64,000 nt of DNA. Source: an uncultured Chloroflexia bacterium (lineage in GTDB: Bacteria; Chloroflexota; UBA6077; JACCZL01). The notes under the pieces are model-generated. The model made no database searches, had not been told where the DNA came from, and saw only the letters and a list, made by a program, of their open reading frames with translations. Each line of letters opens with the position of its first letter. Position 1 is the stretch's first letter. Location: positions 800,001 to 864,000 of the forward strand of contig CAVXYC010000020.1 of assembly GCA_963765765.1 (NCBI GenBank). Direction: 5' to 3'. Made by a program: the position numbers and the translations under genes. Positions 42,764 to 51,845 of this stretch are shown here, piece after piece.

Positions 42764-44045
42764 GGATTCCCATCCCCGCACCGCCAGCCTCTCGAGCTGA
42801 GGCCATGGCGTCCACCATTGGTCGAAGCTGTCGCTCAAAAATCATCGACCAGTCGTACTGGCTCAGCGCGATGCGGTGCAGGCGTGCCTCTGCGTTGGTA
42901 TCCAGGGTGTCCAACACGCGCTCCGCCGTATCGCTTGGTGCCTCGGTTAGATCGAAATAGTGCAAATGTTCTCCGGCAATGTCTCGGAAGGGCTGTATAT
43001 CAGCGCAAAACGCGGGCAAGCGGGCAAGCCCGGCCTCTAGAATCGGCAATCCAAAACCTTCCTGGGCGGAAGGAAAGAAGAGCGCATCGGCCACGCGATA
43101 GAGCTCTCGCATCATGACATCGGAAGCGGCCCAGCTTCTACCCGATGGTCGACGGAGACGATGAAGCATCACCAGGCTTTCAGTGACGCCTAGCGACCGG
43201 GCCATTGCGTCTAGCTCGTCCACATAGTCAATGGAGCGTGCATTATGGGGCCCTGGAGGCCCTGTTACAAGCAGAAGCGGTTGACATCCGGAATTTTTCA
43301 GTGAAGGGAGAATCCGTATTGCCTGCTCGATATTTTTACGTCGAGTAATACGTGCCGGAAGCAGCAGGAATGGATATGCGCTCCAGGCATCGATCTGACG
43401 GAGAAGATCTTGCGTCGCGCGGCTGAGACCGAGAAAGCGAGCGGCGTCGATTCCGTTGTTGATCGCTACCACTGGCGAATCTCCGAAGAGCGCCGCAAGC
43501 TCTTTTGCTCGAAACTCTGAAACGGTCACGTAGCGAGTATGAGGAGTCGGGCGCTTGAGCAGGGTCCACGGCTCCTCTTCCCGCATCAGCGGTAGATAGA
43601 GAGGATTCGTCCACGAAAGATCGTGGCACCAGGCAATGAGATCGGTTCGACCGCGATGGGCTATACGCTCCAGGGCGCAGGTGAGCGGAAGATTGAAATG
43701 CAGCGTGAGGGCGTTGTGCACGATGCAGATGTCGATGTCCTGGAGCGCCTCGCTCAGTGATTCGTCGATTCGGTGAACCAGCTCGTAGAAGGCCGCGCTC
43801 ACAATGCCCTCCCGCAGCTCCGAGTTGATCCGCTCCAGAGCATCAAATCGGGAGTCAATAAGAGGGACTTGCCTTAGCGCGAGTCGCCGATCGAATCGGC
43901 CTCCACGCCCCACAATCGCAGTAACCGAGTATCCGGCGTCCAGGAACATTCTGGCGTGTGTGGCCAGAACAGTCTCTACGCCGCCAATGATAGGGGGGCA
44001 GCTGTAGTGCAGCATCCCCAGTCGCGGCAGCTTCGTCTGACTCAC
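42756..44045 (-). CDS. GT4-family glycosyltransferase
   Basis: GGVE, ARITRRKNIE, FPSAQEGFGLPILEAG. Confidence 0.85.
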   Translation of the reverse strand: MSQTKLPRLGMLHYSCPPIIGGVETVLATHARMFLDAGYSVTAIVGRGGRFDRRLALRQVPLIDSRFDALERINSELREGIVSAAFYELVHRIDESLSEALQDIDICIVHNALTLHFNLPLTCALERIAHRGRTDLIAWCHDLSWTNPLYLPLMREEEPWTLLKRPTPHTRYVTVSEFRAKELAALFGDSPVVAINNGIDAARFLGLSRATQDLLRQIDAWSAYPFLLLPARITRRKNIEQAIRILPSLKNSGCQPLLLVTGPPGPHNARSIDYVDELDAMARSLGVTESLVMLHRLRRPSGRSWAASDVMMRELYRVADALFFPSAQEGFGLPILEAGLARLPAFCADIQPFRDIAGEHLHYFDLTEAPSDTAERVLDTLDTNAEARLHRIALSQYDWSMIFERQLRPMVDAMASAREAGGAGMGIHV

Positions 44046-44057
44046 CGCGCGGACCGG

Positions 44058-44733
44058 TTAGGAACCCTGACGCTCGGCCAGCACTGGCTGGCGCTCAGCG
44101 CGGCGTTCGGCCTGCTCCAGACGATGCTCCAGCTCCGCGACGCGCGCCTCAAGATGCTCGATGACATCGAGCATCGGGTCAGGAAGTCGGGCGACCGGAC
44201 GATCTTCGGGATAACGTTAGGCGCACTGTTCGTCCGGGCACTCCAACGACCGTAGAGCTGGGCGGCACGGAGGTCACAACTACCGAGCCGGCACCCACGG
44301 TGGAATCCTCGCCGACCTCGATCGCTCCGATGAGCTGGGCGTGGGAGCCAACGACCACTCCGTTGCGTAGCGTGGGGTGGCGCTTCTCTCGCAATCTACT
44401 TGTACCACCGATCGTGACGCCTTGGTGAAGCGTCACATTGTCGCCGATCTCAGACGTTTCCCCGATCACCACGCCCATACCATGATCGATGAACAATCCT
44501 TCTCCGATTCGCGCCGCGGGATGAATCTCGATGCCGGTGATGCCCCGATTCAAGTTGGAGATCAGGCGCGGGAGAACCGGAACGTTTGCCCGGTGGAGTG
44601 CATGGGCGAGTCGATGAAACTGCCGGGCGTGAAAGCCCGGATAACACAACACGACTTCGAAGGCGGAGCTCGCCGCGGGATCGCGATCGAGCACGGCCTG
44701 GATATCTCGACGAATGCTCGCTAGCAATCCCAT
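44058..44733 (-). CDS. cysE: serine O-acetyltransferase; frameshift before the C-terminal LPDP/coiled-coil tail
   Basis: RDPAA, TGIEIHPAARIG, FIDHGMGVVIGET, KRHPTL, VGVPGR. Confidence 0.9.
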
Positions 44734-44854
44734 TCCAAGCGCCTCTCCGGCCCCAGAATGGTAGCAGAGGGGAAAGCGATACGGGGTGAACTCACGGGGT
44801 CGCGGCTGGACTTCGGCGCTCAGAAATGGACCTGAGGGTCTCCAACGCGATGCG

Positions 44855-45322
44855 TTAGACGCGAATACGGGGGCGAATGGCAATAAAACCGTAGAGTGTC
44901 GGCTCGAACCTATTTGCGACCCGCAGATACTCCGCTTCATTGCCCTCAATCATGAGCTTGTGCATGAGTATGGTGTCCCCATCCGGAATCGGATCTACTG
45001 ACTGCACGCACAGCGCCATGATGGGCACGCCGCCTTCGTACACTTTTACCTGCCCCTGGTGGCGAGGGATTCTATAGGTGCGCTTTTCTCGCGATGGGCT
45101 CCTGACCTCCAGGTAGCCACGATGATCCAGAGAGCGATACTCATCTTCGGACAGCACGTGCCGCAGGAGAGCCTCAGCTCGCTCCTGAGCCTCCCGCCAC
45201 TCGGACCGACGTCCAACACCGGTGATCCCCCGCCCTGAGAGCATCCCGAAGGGTGCCCGACACAACAGGAAGACGACGATCAGGATGAAGAGGAGCTCGA
45301 TTCCAATCACGGTGACGATCAC
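44855..45322 (-). CDS. hypothetical membrane-anchored protein with a Cys in its soluble domain
   Basis: N-terminal TM helix, then AQERAEALL...GYLEVRS...YRIP...LCVQ...PDGDTILMHKLMIEGNEAEYLRVAN; SD GGAGG lies within the upstream gene end. Confidence 0.7.
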   Translation of the reverse strand: MIVTVIGIELLFILIVVFLLCRAPFGMLSGRGITGVGRRSEWREAQERAEALLRHVLSEDEYRSLDHRGYLEVRSPSREKRTYRIPRHQGQVKVYEGGVPIMALCVQSVDPIPDGDTILMHKLMIEGNEAEYLRVANRFEPTLYGFIAIRPRIRV

Positions 45323-45327
45323 CGTGC

Positions 45328-45582
45328 TTAACCTCCGGCACCTCCGGCGACTCGCGGGACCATGATAATCTCACTGGCCGAAGGATTGAAGCTGTCGACC
45401 CGTTCGGCCGGCTTGCCTGGCGTTACGACAAACGCCGTTGCACCATGCTCGCGCTGCTCCTCAAAAATTCGCTCGGCCTCTCTCACGGCCGCGGACGCCT
45501 CAGGATCGCCCGTATCCGCGAGCTTTGAATCCCATTCCACAACCGAGTCACCCCGCGCTGAGAGAATTCGTAGTTTCGCCAT
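45328..45582 (-). CDS. small protein with a ThiS/MoaD/ubiquitin-like C-terminus (IIMVPRVAGGAGG)
   Basis: RBS GAAGGAG; predicted beta-beta-alpha-beta-beta-beta pattern; C-terminal Gly-Gly. Confidence 0.7.
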   Translation of the reverse strand: MAKLRILSARGDSVVEWDSKLADTGDPEASAAVREAERIFEEQREHGATAFVVTPGKPAERVDSFNPSASEIIMVPRVAGGAGG

Positions 45583-45890
45583 CCCGTGCTCCTTCCCCGG
45601 AAGTCATTCGAACAGCAGTTGAGCCCGCCGCGCCCCGCGGCCTGCCCGTCAAATCAACCAGCGCCCCAGTCGCCCTGCCTACCTCAAGGTAGCTCCCAAG
45701 CAGACGAAAAGGCGCTCATACTGGCAGTATATCGCCGACGATTTACTTGTCAATGACTACATCAACGCCCTTGGGGGCAGTCCGTTCATAGCCTCCATAC
45801 GCCCACATCACTACTCGCTGAATCGGCCTTCAAGCGCCAATCGCCTTGCACGACGCGTGCCAATCGGGCATTCCGAAACCAGAGATCTAA

Positions 45891-45926
45891 AAGATAAAGG
45901 GCGACCCTAGGATCGCCCTTTATCTT
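45891..45926 (-). terminator. intrinsic terminator after the efflux adaptor gene
   Basis: aagataaagggcga-ccctagga-tcgccctttatctt hairpin with a T-run on the minus strand. Confidence 0.75.
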
Positions 45927-45967
45927 CAATTGCACTGGATTTAGCGGCAAGCTCTGCCGCGACCGAT

Positions 45968-48126
45968 TTAACCCTCGGGACTCTCTCCCGCAAGCGAATT
46001 GCTATTCCTTACCTGGACCGGACTGCCATCATTTAGCACGTCCAATCCCGAGGTTGCCACAACGGCATCTCCACTAAGGCCCTGAACGATCTCAGTTCGC
46101 TGGCCATCGGAAACTCCGGTAGTCACCTCACGCAGACGCACCTGGTTGTCCTGCAGCAGGAATACCACGGTTCGACCTGAGCGTGTTGCCAGCGCCTGAT
46201 TGGGTACCAGTAGCGTCGCTCGCGGTGGGGCCGTCACGCTTACCTGAGCGAACATTCCATCTCTCAGTTTTCCCTCTGGATCGTTGGGCAAAATGCGGAC
46301 GGCAAACGTACGGGAACGTGGATCCGCTGTCGGTGCGACACTCGCTACTTGCGCCGGAACTGGCTGCCCCGGGTATGCCGCGACGCTGACCTGAGCGGGC
46401 TGGCCCGCACGGAGCTGACCAATGCGCGCTTCCTCGACCTGAAGTACGATCTCCACGTCCCGGGAGACAAGCTGAACAACTGGGGTATTTGGTGCCACAA
46501 TGGCCCCAGGGCTCACGAACTTCTGCGCCACCACGCCCTTGAAGGGTGCACGGACGAGAGATTCACCCTGCTGTACCTTTGATGCTTCGAGTGCAGCCGA
46601 GGCCTGGTCAACCTGCGAGGCCGCGATGAGTATGTCCTCCGCGGTGAACGGTCGCTTGCGAGCATCGAGCTGAGCCTGCGTCTGATCGACCTGAGCCTGA
46701 GACGCACGAACGTCGTACGAGCTCACGTTGATTAGCCTGCTCAACGTTGCCTGCTCGCGGGAAAGCGCTTCCTCGGCTCCACGAACGTCGAAGTCACTTG
46801 GGAAGCGGGCCGAATCGACACGCGCTTGGGTGGCGTCGACGTTTGTTTGTGCACTTTCGACCTGGGCGCCTAACCGGTCCACTTCAGCCTTCGCCTGGCC
46901 AACTCGAAGCTCGAGCGTGGCCAGATCGTCGTCCCACCGAACCTCAGCTTGGCAAGGTTGGCTTCGCGCTCGCGGATCACGGACTCCTGCTGCTGAAGCT
47001 CCTGAACCGTGGGTCCATTTCTCGTCTTCTCGAGCTGAGTCACGGCCGCCTGAACGGCGACCTCAGCGCCAGAAACAAGATTGGAAAGTCGCTCACGCTC
47101 AGAGCTAGGACAATCCTGACGGCTGCGAGATTCGTTGTTGCTCTTCGACGTGGAGCTCGATGAGCCAATAGCGTTCTTCGTTGACGTCCTGTTCGTGGAC
47201 TCACTCCGCGTAGTGGTCGTCGTCTTGCCGCAGGCGTCAAGGGCATCCTTCGCAGCCTCGAGGAGAACGCGCTGGCGTTCAACCTCAAGCTGGGACGATC
47301 GTAAGTCCTCGGGACGCGGCGTGTTCTTGAGCTGGTCCAAACGTTGCTTGGCGTTATCGACCTGTGCCTGAGCAGCGGCGATGTCTTCGACACGAGTGCC
47401 TGGACCGCCAAGTCCTTGCTGGGCTTGATTGAAGCGGTAGTTTGCTTCTTCGTAGACGGCTCTGGCCGCCGCGTGCTGAGCTCGAACGGCCTCTACGGCG
47501 GACCGAGCCTGATCTACCGCGGCCTGCAAGGGCGCGAGATCATCGTCCTTAGCGCCACTTCGAACCTGCTCCAGGCGATTCGAAGCGGCATTTACCACAG
47601 CTCGCTGGCCCTGGACTTCCTCCGGCCTAGCTCCGGAGCGAACCTGCTCCAATCGAGCTTGAGCACTCCGTACGCCAGCCTCAGCGGCGGAAATGTCCTC
47701 TATCTTGGCGCCCGCTTGTGTCGAGGTCAGGCGAGCCTGAGCCACGCTCACCGCGGCCTCCGCCTGGGTCACCTGCGCATCGAGCGTCGCATGGTCGAGC
47801 TCGCCGATGACCTCGCCCACGTCCAGCTCGTCGCCAATGTCAGCGTAGAGCTGTTCCAGGCGTCCCTGCACCTTAGGTACAACGTTGACTGAAGCGCGGC
47901 TTTGAACGTTCCCTGAATAGGCTAGCAAGGCACCAATGTCACCAAGCTGCACTGGAGCCGTCGTTACCTGCACGGCTGGGGGGCCACTTCGCTCCGGTTT
48001 TGCTGCAGGCTGTTGCGGCGCAAATGGACCAATGCACCCGGCGACCAGCCCTGTAGCCAGCGTTGCACCGAGCACCAGACTCAGCCGCCGGCCTGCTCCG
48101 CTCTGTGGGATTCTCGCTGTGGTCAT
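45968..48126 (-). CDS. efflux membrane-fusion (RND/ABC periplasmic adaptor) lipoprotein with extended coiled coil; one frameshift
   Basis: LVAGC lipobox, VVPKVQGRL, VRAPFKGVV, ADPRSRTFAV, LRDGMFA, LVPNQAL. Confidence 0.85.
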
Positions 48127-48128
48127 AG

Positions 48129-48641
48129 CTATACCCGTACTCCAACCGGGCGCCGTACCGACGCCTCCTGTGTCGCAACGACGTCTGTCGCCGTCCGATG
48201 CAAGATTTCCATCGCCGATACCACGTGCTTTAACTCCTCGTCAGTCAGGTGCGCAATGACGCTCTGCAGACGACCTTCGCCTGCCGAGCGTATGCGTTGA
48301 ACGAGCTCATGGCAGAATTGAGTTCCGTGAACGCGAACAACACGCCGATCCTGAGGATCGTCTTCACGTCGCACATATCCTTGATCGGTCAACCGATCTA
48401 CAAGGGCTGAGATGGCGGGTTGTCCCACACCCAGCACATGCGCCAGGTCGCCCATAGAAGGTGAGCTTAATCGCTCTACTAAGAGCAAGACTTTGAGTTG
48501 CGGCATCGAGAGATCCAGCGTGAGCATGGGATCGTCCGGCCTCGCGCTGAGCATCATGAACACGCGTGAATCAAGACTCAACGCGCGCTCCTCGAGCTCC
48601 ACTCGTTCAAGTTCTGATGAATGGTCCTGCAACACCCCCAC
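48129..48641 (-). CDS. MarR-family transcriptional regulator
   Basis: LSMPQLKVL, ISALVDRL, EDDPQDRRVVRV. Confidence 0.9.
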   Translation of the reverse strand: MGVLQDHSSELERVELEERALSLDSRVFMMLSARPDDPMLTLDLSMPQLKVLLLVERLSSPSMGDLAHVLGVGQPAISALVDRLTDQGYVRREDDPQDRRVVRVHGTQFCHELVQRIRSAGEGRLQSVIAHLTDEELKHVVSAMEILHRTATDVVATQEASVRRPVGVRV

Positions 48642-48736
48642 CCGCCTCGTTTTATTTCACTTGGTGCGAAGCATTGTAATCGGGCGGTGATGCATGGTCA
48701 ACCAAAACGGTCTATGAGCCGCGGCGTAGCGGCGCA

Positions 48737-48848
48737 ATGGCCTTTAGAGTGCTTTCGAGAATCGCCGCTTTTCTAGAGCCGTTCGTCGTCGGCCGGCACA
48801 TCAGGTGAGCGGTCACTCTCGCACGCATTCGAAAGCGCTTTCGCCTAT
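48737..48848. repeat. degenerate copy of the REP-like doublet at 35183
   Basis: minus strand ataggcgaaagcgctttcgaatgcgtgcg; plus strand tttagagtgc..cgccgctttt. Confidence 0.5.
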
Positions 48849-48870
48849 TGGCTTGGGGTCGCCCACAAGC

Positions 48871-49668
48871 TTACGGTGTGTACGCGGTCAGCTCCGTCGT
48901 TGACTCACCCAGCTCGCCACCGCCAACCGTCTTCACCATGCCGACACCGCGAGCGAACCAGCTCGTGGCCTCAAACGAGATACTGATCGGCGCGGAGAAG
49001 TCTCGCACGGTGACACTGAGGTCCAGCGTCGTGTGTTGCGATATTTTCATTGCTGTATACGAACTGGCTGGAACGCTCACCGACTCCTCGCCAGCGACGG
49101 TGCTGGTCACAGTGATCCTTCCTCTGGCCGGATTTCCGCCGATGGCTGAGGGATCGCCCTCCACCTCATACGCTGTGGTCCAGCTCGATCCTGGGGTCCA
49201 ACGATCCGCCGGTGGAAATGTCACGCCTGTCACGCTCGTTGAGACGAAGCGGAGCTGAGTCTGAGCCGTGCTCACACGCGACGCCTGGAGTGCCGTGAGC
49301 CCGTCTGGGCCGCAGCGCCACTCGTTGTCCACTGAAACGTCTGGGAAGGCCATGCGGACCGTAAAGCCGGTTGGCGACGTTGGCATGTGGGTTTCTATGA
49401 AATCGGATGCGACCGCTCCCTGAACACGATATGACCACCGCGAGTTTGATCCCACGGGAAAGTAAGGGTGGTCGCAAGCACCTGACGGAGCAGGCGCCGT
49501 GGTGGATTCAGGTATCGCGGTGGCGGGTGGCACAGTCGGCACAATTGTCGGTTGAATGGTTGGTGCCGTTGTCGGAGGCGCGGCGGTTGTAGCCGTAAGG
49601 GAGGGAGCTGATGGTGTGCATGCCATCACACTTATGAAGGCTCCCACGAATAAGACAAGACGCCTCAT
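48871..49668 (-). CDS. hypothetical lipoprotein with Thr/Pro-rich linker and beta-rich domain
   Basis: VMAC lipobox, CDHPYFP, ESVSVPASSY, WFARGVGMVK. Confidence 0.75.
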   Translation of the reverse strand: MRRLVLFVGAFISVMACTPSAPSLTATTAAPPTTAPTIQPTIVPTVPPATAIPESTTAPAPSGACDHPYFPVGSNSRWSYRVQGAVASDFIETHMPTSPTGFTVRMAFPDVSVDNEWRCGPDGLTALQASRVSTAQTQLRFVSTSVTGVTFPPADRWTPGSSWTTAYEVEGDPSAIGGNPARGRITVTSTVAGEESVSVPASSYTAMKISQHTTLDLSVTVRDFSAPISISFEATSWFARGVGMVKTVGGGELGESTTELTAYTP

Positions 49669-49703
49669 TAAATATCCTTCGCTGGACGACCGAGACTGGA
49701 CCT

Positions 49704-50276
49704 GTGTATACAGCAGTCACGATCGCGAGAAGTGAGAGCCATTACGTGACATCCGTCGATATCACCATTCGTTGTCCAGCATGCGGACAGATGTTTGCGC
49801 CCAAGCGATTCGGGGCTGGCTTGAGCTGCGCGCGCTGTCTGAAACAGACCGCGCCCACGGTGCAGCTCGCCCAGCTTCTCGACCACTGGTGGGAGCCACG
49901 CCGCTGGCGGGCGGACCTTCACCGACCGAACGTTAACTTCCTTCTCGAGAAGCTCTGGACTGCCAACGGACAGGGTGAAGCCCTCTACAAGGGGATCAGC
50001 CCAAAGTTCGCCAACTACTCTATTTTTCGAAATTTGGTTACGCGCGCGATCGCCCGAGGCCTCGACGAAGGTTGGATGGAGCTGGAGTTTCCTGATGATC
50101 CGCTCGCGGATGATCCCGTCTACAAGCTGAATTTCAAGGACTCCGATCGATTTGCGCGCGAGATGGAAGGGCTTTTTCCAGAAGTTGACTGGGACGAAAC
50201 GATCGAGGTTCCCAGCGGAGCCATCGTTCCCAGCCAAATGGCCAAATCATCGAAGCCCCGCGGAAAGCGCCGCTGA
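49704..50276 (+). CDS. hypothetical protein with N-terminal Zn ribbon
   Basis: CPACG...CARC; probable GTG start at 49746. Confidence 0.6.
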   Translation: MYTAVTIARSESHYVTSVDITIRCPACGQMFAPKRFGAGLSCARCLKQTAPTVQLAQLLDHWWEPRRWRADLHRPNVNFLLEKLWTANGQGEALYKGISPKFANYSIFRNLVTRAIARGLDEGWMELEFPDDPLADDPVYKLNFKDSDRFAREMEGLFPEVDWDETIEVPSGAIVPSQMAKSSKPRGKRR

Positions 50277-50319
50277 CTCCACTCCGCAAGCCGGCTCGCC
50301 GGTAGTAGCTGCCAAGCGT

Positions 50320-51396
50320 TCAGCCAGCCGACTTGATCAGGCGAACGAGCTCGTCCCCGACCTCGTTGGTCTTCGCGGTGCCCCCAACGTCGGTGGTGAG
50401 AACCTTTCCCTCGCCAGTCAGCCGCTCGATACCGCGCATGAGCAGTTGGCCCGCGTCGCGCTCGCCAATGAAATCCAACATCATGGATGCTGCCCAAACA
50501 CTGGCAATGGGGTTAGCGATGCCCTTGCCTGCGATATCAGGAGCGGAGCCGTGTACTGGCTCGAATAGGGAAGGCGCTGTTCGCTCGGGGTTGATATTCG
50601 CGGAGGCCGCGAGTCCCATACTTCCCTGAATCGCAGCTGCCAGGTCGGTCAGGATGTCTCCAAAGAGATTCTCGGCCACCACAACGTCAAGCTGTTCAGG
50701 AAAGCGCACCATGCGCGCGGTCATGGCGTCTACATGGATCTTGTCTGACTGGATGTCGGCGTACTCGGCAGCAACTATCTCGAATACTTCATCCCAGAAC
50801 ACCATCGAGTGGCCCATCGCATTAGACTTGGTAACGGAAGTCACGCGCTTCCGCCCCTCGTGGCGAGCCAGCTCGAATGCGTAGCGGATGATGCGCTCAA
50901 CGCCGCGTCGGGTGAAGATCATGCTCTCCACCGCAACTTCATGATCGGTAGTGCGGTGCACGCGTCCACCAACGCCGGAGTAGCCACCTTCAGTGTTCTC
51001 CCGCAAGCAGACGAAGTTGATGTCATTCGTCGTCTTATCGCGTAGCGGTCCTGTGAGGCCCGGTAAGAGGCGAGCGGGTCGCTGATTGACGTAGAGATCG
51101 AACTCTTTACGGATCGGCAGGAGCAATCCCCAGAGGGAGATGTGGTCAGGAACGAGGCTTGGAAACCCGCAGGCGCCCAGATAGATCGCATCAAACTGCC
51201 GCAGCGTCTCTGTAGCGTTGTCCGGCATCATCTGGCCATGCTCGAGGTAATATCCACAGCTCCACGGAAACGTTTCGAACTCGATCTTGAAGTCTCCGCA
51301 GACCTCTTGAGCCTGGCGCATGGTGGCGAGTCCGACGTCGAGAACGTCCTTCCCGATGCCGTCACCTGGAATGACCGCTATGGAGTAGTTACGCAT
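50320..51396 (-). CDS. tartrate dehydrogenase / D-malate dehydrogenase (decarboxylating)
   Basis: IAVIPGDGIG, VPDHISLWGLLLPIR, RENTEG, NLFGDILTDL, FEPVHGSAPDIAGKGIANP. Confidence 0.9.
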   Translation of the reverse strand: MRNYSIAVIPGDGIGKDVLDVGLATMRQAQEVCGDFKIEFETFPWSCGYYLEHGQMMPDNATETLRQFDAIYLGACGFPSLVPDHISLWGLLLPIRKEFDLYVNQRPARLLPGLTGPLRDKTTNDINFVCLRENTEGGYSGVGGRVHRTTDHEVAVESMIFTRRGVERIIRYAFELARHEGRKRVTSVTKSNAMGHSMVFWDEVFEIVAAEYADIQSDKIHVDAMTARMVRFPEQLDVVVAENLFGDILTDLAAAIQGSMGLAASANINPERTAPSLFEPVHGSAPDIAGKGIANPIASVWAASMMLDFIGERDAGQLLMRGIERLTGEGKVLTTDVGGTAKTNEVGDELVRLIKSAG

Positions 51397-51447
51397 CGAT
51401 TCACAACCTCAGACGTCAAGCTCAAACTGCTCGAAAATCGATAACGC

Positions 51448-51672
51448 TCAGGATACCATCCGTCGCCGGCGGTAGTGCGAGCGCCAACCACGGACACACA
51501 GTACCAGCGCGAGAACGGCTCCGATCGCCAGGATAATCAATACTGGTGTCGCCACAATGGGCGCCCGAGCCGAGTTGATTAGGTGAGCTAGCGCATACGC
51601 CGCCAGCGCATTGATCAGACCAACGGCCACAACCGTCCACATGAGCGGACCTGACGGCAATCCCTTACTCAT
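51448..51672 (-). CDS. small two-TM membrane protein
   Basis: two hydrophobic helices and a basic C-tail. Confidence 0.5.
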   Translation of the reverse strand: MSKGLPSGPLMWTVVAVGLINALAAYALAHLINSARAPIVATPVLIILAIGAVLALVLCVRGWRSHYRRRRMVS

Positions 51673-51845
51673 GCGTGAAGCGCCTTGGAGTGCGGCGTGC
51701 AGGGTGGCATCGTGGCTGGTCCCAGCAGCTCATCGCGATCATGAAAAATCCTCGGGCACTCGAGAGGTGCGTGATAGAATGCGCTTCGTGCTCCGAATCG
51801 CTGCCGAGCACGGCTTAGCGTTAGCCACTTTACGGAGACTTCCCT

